This document shows positions 43,801 through 47,578 of a DNA stretch of 47,578 bases, piece by piece. A model generated the notes under the pieces. The model was not told the origin of the DNA. It was given only the letters and a program-made list of their open reading frames with translations, and made no database searches. Source of the stretch: a virus (taxonomy: Duplodnaviria; Caudoviricetes); the IMG/VR virus record IMGVR_UViG_3300037311_000476, positions 1 to 47,578 of that record. One strand, written 5' to 3'. Position 1 is the first letter of the stretch; each line of letters opens with the position of its first letter. Both the position numbers and the translations under genes were made by a program.

Positions 43801-44808
43801 CCGCCTGGCGATCCACGCCCAGCCTCGCTCGCCAGCCCCGTCGTCTTCGGCAGGCCGGAGGTGGTGATGCTGGACCTTCCGCAGATTTCGGAGGACCAGC
43901 CCGCCCATCGCCCGCTGATCGCCGCCCATGCCAGCCCCTGGCAAGGCGAGATCGCGGTGTTCCGCAGCGCCTCGTCGGATGGGTTCAATCTGCTGACGAC
44001 CTTCGGCAGTCGGGCGCGGATCGGCACGCTGGCCTTCGACTTCTTTCCAGGCCCGACGTCCCGCTTCGATCTGGGCAATGCGCTGGTGGTTGATCTACTG
44101 TCTGGAACGCTGGAAAGCGTGACGGACGTTGCCCTCTTCGGCGGCGGCAATGCCCTCGCGGTCGAAAGCGCCGTTGGTCAGTGGGAGATCGTCCAGGCTG
44201 GCCAAGCTGAACTGATCGCCGCTGGCCGCTACCGACTGACCCGCCTCCTGCGCGGCCAGCGCGGGACGGAACATGCCATGGGCAACCCGGCCCCGGCCGG
44301 GGCGCGGGTCGTGGTATTGGACGCATCGTTGGCCTCTCTGCCCATCGCCGAGGTCGATCTTGGGCTACCGTGGAATTGGCGGGTCGGCCCGGCCGCGCGT
44401 GCCGTCAGCGATCCGAGCTATGCCGCGCTGGGCTTCACCCCGTCCGGGCGCGGCCTTGTCCCCTTCGCGCCGGTCCATGTCGAACAGCCATGGCGGACGG
44501 CCAGCAGCCCGGGCGATCTGACGATCCGATGGACGCGACGATCCCGCGCGCTGGTCGCGGATGCCTGGGAGCAGGTCGAGGTGCCGCTGGCCGAAGATGT
44601 CGAGGGTTATGACGTCCAAATCTTCGATGGGCCCGAGGTCAAGCGCACACTGACCAGCAGCACGACCTCCGTCCTCTACACCGCCGCCCAGCAGACCGCC
44701 GACTGGGGCGCACCGCTCGGGCCCGGTCAGATGCTGGCCATCTGCATTTACCAGCTCTCGAACCGCCTCGGTCGCGGCACGCCCGCCGTCGTCACGCTGC
44801 AATTCTGA
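40810..44808 (+). CDS. Baseplate multidomain 'megatron' protein (RcGTA g15-like)
   Basis: MATLVLGAVG, TIM-barrel YASDWSEYFG, GIDNYMPLSDWRDG, WTWDARPYP and LLRGQRGTE. Confidence 0.93.
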   Translation: MATLVLGAVGSAIGGAFGGAILGFSGAAIGGFIGSTIGSVVDGWIVSSLAPAQKIAGQRLDSLRITSATEGAIIPRLYGRMRIGGNIIWATDFREETKTTTQGGGKGGGGGRVQTTEYLYYASFAVALCEGPITGIGRIWADGKPLDMTGITWRWYPGNETQTPDPFISAKMGAANTPAIRGTAYVVFEELPLSTYGNRLPQLSFEVFRPLADPDTAEGLVKAVTMIPASGEFTYATEAVRKTVGATTTVFGQTTGGTTSAENLNALPDEADIVVALDRLQAMAPAVESVSLVVAWFGDDLRAGNCTIKPGVEVATKVTSPKAWTVNGVARANAHLVSRDAEDRPVYGGSPADFAVIQAIREMKARGLRVTFYPFLLMDVPPGNTLPNPYSSSAATPGQPSFPWRGRITCSPAAGFAGTADKTAAAATQVSSFFGAATPAQFAISGDTVTWTGPSGDWGLRRMILHYAHLCAVAGGVDAFLIGTEMRGLTTIRSSASAYPAVTAFKALAADVKAILGPGTKVGYASDWSEYFGHQPGDGTGDVFFHLDPLWSDANIDFIGIDNYMPLSDWRDGFDHADALEGWPAIHDRGYLQANIAGGEGFDWFYASAADRSAQIRTPITDGSAGKPWVFRYKDLRAWWSNPHFNRPGGVESGTPTAWVPQSKPVWFTELGCPAIDRGTNQPNVFFDPKSSESFTPYFSRGWRDDAIQRAYLEASYLWWGQGANNPTSSVYGGRMVHVPECAAWTWDARPYPFFPELTGIWTDGPNWRLGHWLTGRLGAVSLAALVRHLCLRAGLAESLIDVSDLWGAVEGYVIGALESPRASISTLARHFGFDAIETEGVIRFVMRGRASFATLAIDDLVASREDEPLELVRAQETELPQALKWQVARADEDYDAALVEARRITVDTTRITSESFPMAIPPEEAERRCRRALMEAWIGRESATFRLPPSRLALDPADVIRLAHDGREIEFRLVSVADAEARGIEAVRQDRAAYDLPPGDPRPASLASPVVFGRPEVVMLDLPQISEDQPAHRPLIAAHASPWQGEIAVFRSASSDGFNLLTTFGSRARIGTLAFDFFPGPTSRFDLGNALVVDLLSGTLESVTDVALFGGGNALAVESAVGQWEIVQAGQAELIAAGRYRLTRLLRGQRGTEHAMGNPAPAGARVVVLDASLASLPIAEVDLGLPWNWRVGPAARAVSDPSYAALGFTPSGRGLVPFAPVHVEQPWRTASSPGDLTIRWTRRSRALVADAWEQVEVPLAEDVEGYDVQIFDGPEVKRTLTSSTTSVLYTAAQQTADWGAPLGPGQMLAICIYQLSNRLGRGTPAVVTLQF

Positions 44809-44829
44809 TCCCAACCCGCGGGAAGCCCC

Positions 44830-46752
44830 ATGTCCGACACCACGACCCATCTGAGCTTGCCCTACCTTCTGGCGGCGCAGGCGCAGAAGCATGTCACGCA
44901 TAACGAGGCGCTGCGGCTGCTCGACGCCATGGTGCAGCTCTCGGTCCTAGACCGCACGCTGACTGCACCGCCCGCGAGCCCTGCGGACGGCAACCGCCAT
45001 CTGGTGGCCTCCGGCGCGACCGGCCTCTGGGCCGGGTGGGACCTGAACATTGCCTTCTGGGTGGACGGCGCGTGGATCCGCCTCGTCCCGCGCACCGGCT
45101 GGCTGGTCTGGGTGGCGGCCGAGGGGCTGTTCCTCGTCTGGACCGGCAGCGCCTGGGAGGTCGTGGGCGAGCCGCGCGACGTGTCGGACGCCGTCTTCAG
45201 CCTCGTCAATGATGCGGACCCGACGAAGAAGGCCACCTTCTCGCTGGCGGGGATCAGCGCCGGGACGACCCGCAACTTCACGCTGCCAAACACTTCTTCC
45301 GAACTGGCGATCCTCGCGGGCACGCAGACCTTCTCTGGCAACAAGACCTTCTCCGGCACGCTGACGGCGTCCGGGACCGTGACCGTGTCTGCGGCCAGCG
45401 CCACCATCGGTACGGCGACGACGACCGCCACCTACGGGATGGGCACCGGGGCCACGACCACAGGCGTGACCAAAACCGTGAATCTCGGCACCGGCGGCGC
45501 ATCCGGATCGACCACCGTCGTCAACATCGGTTCGGCCACGGCTGGCGCGGGCGGGACAACCGTCATCAACACGCCGACTGTGACTTTCGCCAATGCGGTC
45601 ACGCAGGTCGGGATGCCGCAGGCGAACCTGACCGCGCTGCTGCTCGGCCTCGGCGGTGCCACAGCCGACAGCTACAACCGGCTCTCGGTGAACACACCGG
45701 CCGTGCTGCTGAACAATGCAGGCGCGGGGATGGAAGCCACCGTGAACAAGGCTGCTCCGGCGAACGACGCGGCCTTCGCCTTCAAGACAGGCTTCTCCGC
45801 CCGGGCGCTGATCGGGTTGCTCGGCAACGACGACTTCGGTTTCAAGGTCAGCCCGGACGGATCAGCCTTCTACGACGCGATCCGCATCGACCGCACCAGC
45901 GGCCAGGTGGAACTGCCGCAGCCGACAGTCCTGCCAGGGCTGGCCGCAGCGCCGACCCCGCCGCCCGCGGGGAAGGCGACCATCTACGCCCGCAACCGGG
46001 CGGGCGCGCCGTGGATCGACGTCATGCGTCCCTCGGGACGGGACTTCCCCTTGCAGCCGCATTTCGGAGTGAACCGGATCGCGAACTGGTCTCCTTCGGT
46101 CAGCACCACGATCACGACCGAGGGCCTGCCGATCACTTCAGTCGGCACCGTGTCGCACCCGACGCTGGCCGCCACGAACCTCGCCGCCAGCATGCGGCGC
46201 TGGCGCCTGACCTCCGCGGCTGTCGTGGACTCGGTAGCCGACCAGCGATCTGCAGGCTGGGCCTGCTGGCGCGGAAACGCGGCGGGCCTTGGCGGTTGGA
46301 CCTTCGTGACGCGGATTTCGCTCACGACGCTGCAGGCGACCGGCATGGGGTTCTTCGGCCTCTACGGATCGACAGCCGCGCTGTCCACCACCCTGACGCT
46401 GGCCGCAGCCATCAACTGCATCGGCATCGGCTTTCAGCGCGGCACTCACACCCGCTGGCAGCTTGTCGCGAATGACGGGACCGGCGCACCGACGCTGACA
46501 GACATCGGGGCGAGTTTCGCCATCGCCACGGGCGGCGTGCTGACCCTGTTCATCGCCGCGCCGCCGAATGGGTCATCCGTCTGGGCGCGCGTTGTCGACG
46601 AGGTGTCCGGCGCAGTGTTCGAGCAGGAGATCATCGCCGACCTGCCCCCCGCGACACAGTTCCTGTCACCACGGCTGTTCCTGAACACCGGCGCTACGGC
46701 CGCCGCCGTCGCCTACGACTGCGCCGGGGTTTATCTGGAGACGGACTTCTGA
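44830..46752 (+). CDS. DUF2793-domain tail fibre / receptor-binding protein
   Basis: LPYLLAAQAQKHVTHNEAL N-terminus; Gly/Thr-rich beta-repeat shaft; distinct C-terminal domain. Confidence 0.85.
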   Translation: MSDTTTHLSLPYLLAAQAQKHVTHNEALRLLDAMVQLSVLDRTLTAPPASPADGNRHLVASGATGLWAGWDLNIAFWVDGAWIRLVPRTGWLVWVAAEGLFLVWTGSAWEVVGEPRDVSDAVFSLVNDADPTKKATFSLAGISAGTTRNFTLPNTSSELAILAGTQTFSGNKTFSGTLTASGTVTVSAASATIGTATTTATYGMGTGATTTGVTKTVNLGTGGASGSTTVVNIGSATAGAGGTTVINTPTVTFANAVTQVGMPQANLTALLLGLGGATADSYNRLSVNTPAVLLNNAGAGMEATVNKAAPANDAAFAFKTGFSARALIGLLGNDDFGFKVSPDGSAFYDAIRIDRTSGQVELPQPTVLPGLAAAPTPPPAGKATIYARNRAGAPWIDVMRPSGRDFPLQPHFGVNRIANWSPSVSTTITTEGLPITSVGTVSHPTLAATNLAASMRRWRLTSAAVVDSVADQRSAGWACWRGNAAGLGGWTFVTRISLTTLQATGMGFFGLYGSTAALSTTLTLAAAINCIGIGFQRGTHTRWQLVANDGTGAPTLTDIGASFAIATGGVLTLFIAAPPNGSSVWARVVDEVSGAVFEQEIIADLPPATQFLSPRLFLNTGATAAAVAYDCAGVYLETDF

Positions 46753-46771
46753 GCTGTCCGATCCGTACACG

Positions 46772-47324
46772 GGTGCCGGCAAGCTGCTGGTCAACAACTG
46801 CTTGACCGGCTGGGCCAGCCGCTGATCGCGCGTTCCGGCTATCGCAGCCCCGCGCACACCGCGCCATGGGTGGCGTGACCCGCTCTAATCACCTCGACGG
46901 CGCCACCTTCGACATAGCGAACCACGGCCCAGCGGCCTTCGAGGCGGCGGCGCAGGAGGTTGGGTTCCTCGGCTTCGGCTTCTATCCGCGCTCGGGGTTC
47001 GTCCACGTCGACCTCGACCCGGCGCGTTAGTGGGGCGAGCGGTTCCCGATCCGGGCGACTGCCTTCGCGGCGGAGACGCCGCACGCGCGCGAGGTGCTGG
47101 CCGACAGCCGCACAATGAAGGGCGGCGGCGCGGCTGGCGTCGCGACGCTGGGCGCAGCCGGGGTCGAGGTGGCGCAGCGCGTCCTGACCGAGACCCAGAG
47201 CGCCATCCTGCCACTCGTGCCGTATCTCGATACGCTCCGCTGGGTGTTCATCGCCGTGGCGCTCGGCGGGATCGCGGTCACGATCTACGCGCGGCTCGAC
47301 GACTGGCGCCGGGGGCGGCGGTGA
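46772..47324 (+). pseudogene. Disrupted peptidase M15 (D-Ala-D-Ala peptidase-type) endolysin; C-terminal membrane part (47094-47324) still open
   Basis: Fragments GKLLVN / DRLGQPLIARSGYRSPAH / (frameshift) GGVTRSNHLDGATFDI...GFYPRSGFVHVDL; TAG at 47028-47030; no start codon or N-terminus. Confidence 0.85.
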
Positions 47325-47578
47325 CCTCCGGGCTCCTCGCCATGGTCGCCGGATCGGCATGGGCGCGCGCGGCGCTTCGCTACGGCGTCACCGCCCTCGG
47401 GATCCTGCTATTCCTGCTGGCCCTGCGCCGCTCCGGGGAGCGAGCGGGACGTCTAGCCGAGCGCCTTGAAACCACGGAGAAGGCCATTGACGTGCAACGC
47501 CAGATGCTGGGAGAGGCGGCTCGCCGTCCTCGCGATCGCAACGAGCTTGCTGAGCGGCTGCGCGACGGACGGTTCTGA
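47321..47578 (+). CDS. Putative i-spanin (Rz-like)
   Basis: GTGA overlap; N-terminal TM followed by a helical periplasmic region; hosts an overlapping lipoprotein frame. Confidence 0.7.
   Translation: MTSGLLAMVAGSAWARAALRYGVTALGILLFLLALRRSGERAGRLAERLETTEKAIDVQRQMLGEAARRPRDRNELAERLRDGRF
47487..47578 (+). CDS. Putative o-spanin (Rz1-like lipoprotein), truncated by the window end
   Basis: GGAGAAGG RBS, TTG start, signal RRLAVLAIATSL and lipobox LSGC (Cys at 47559-47561). Confidence 0.65.
   Translation, partial: MTCNARCWERRLAVLAIATSLLSGCATDGS

Larger units (their letters stand above)
1..47578. mobile_element. Temperate siphovirus-like prophage (serine integrase, lambda-like head, GTA-like tail tip); ends not resolved
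   Basis: Ordered integration, regulation, replication, packaging, head, tail and lysis modules fill the window; no host housekeeping genes seen; att sites not identified. Confidence 0.95.

Noticed and set aside
40684-43944. 1086-aa minus-strand ORF, and similar long antisense ORFs (12329-14647, 25827-27848, 27376-29019, 34418-36178)
   Set aside because: They mirror well-supported plus-strand genes, show no motifs, and are expected shadows of high-GC codon usage.
44830-46752. Diversity-generating retroelement or invertible tail-fibre switch
   Set aside because: No reverse transcriptase, template repeat, invertase or alternative C-terminal cassette seen.
1-47578. Gene transfer agent cluster
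   Set aside because: Integrase, replication genes, lambda-type packaging and an 820-aa tape measure indicate a prophage.

Overview
The whole window is one near-complete, GC-rich temperate siphophage (prophage). The host is probably an alphaproteobacterium of Rhodobacterales type, inferred from the GTA-like tail tip genes and a GAAC-N7-GAAC LexA box. From left to right it carries: a DUF3883-like nuclease cargo gene; a leftward large serine recombinase operon; a regulatory block (unknown protein, winged-helix protein, ECF-like sigma factor, and no CI-type repressor); a recombination/replication operon (Sak4-like ATPase, SSB-like protein, Cas4-like nuclease, RecD-like helicase, TOPRIM-VapE primase-helicase); a ~270-bp palindromic iteron array; RuvC-like and late-regulator genes; a lambda-like cos candidate; two DNA methyltransferases; lambda-like terminase, portal and head genes; a tail with a -1 frameshift chaperone; an RcGTA-like tail tip; and lysis genes. 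Highlights are: (1) a repressor-less induction cascade readable from cis-elements (LexA box -> wHTH protein -> 11-bp repeats -> phage sigma -> two matching TGGGACGGTT-N12-GAGTAG promoters for excision and replication); (2) a C5 methyltransferase split over two fully overlapping reading frames; (3) a shared N-terminal MIDLN peptide on several replication proteins, plus an SSB-tail mimic; (4) replacement of a decayed M15 peptidase endolysin by a GH24 lysis cassette inserted in the tail genes; and (5) four candidate defence cargo loci (DUF3883, PD-(D/E)XK-like, HEPN, XRE-ImmA/PIN). All family assignments come from motif recognition by eye, with no database searches. No att site, tRNA, rRNA or CRISPR array was found.
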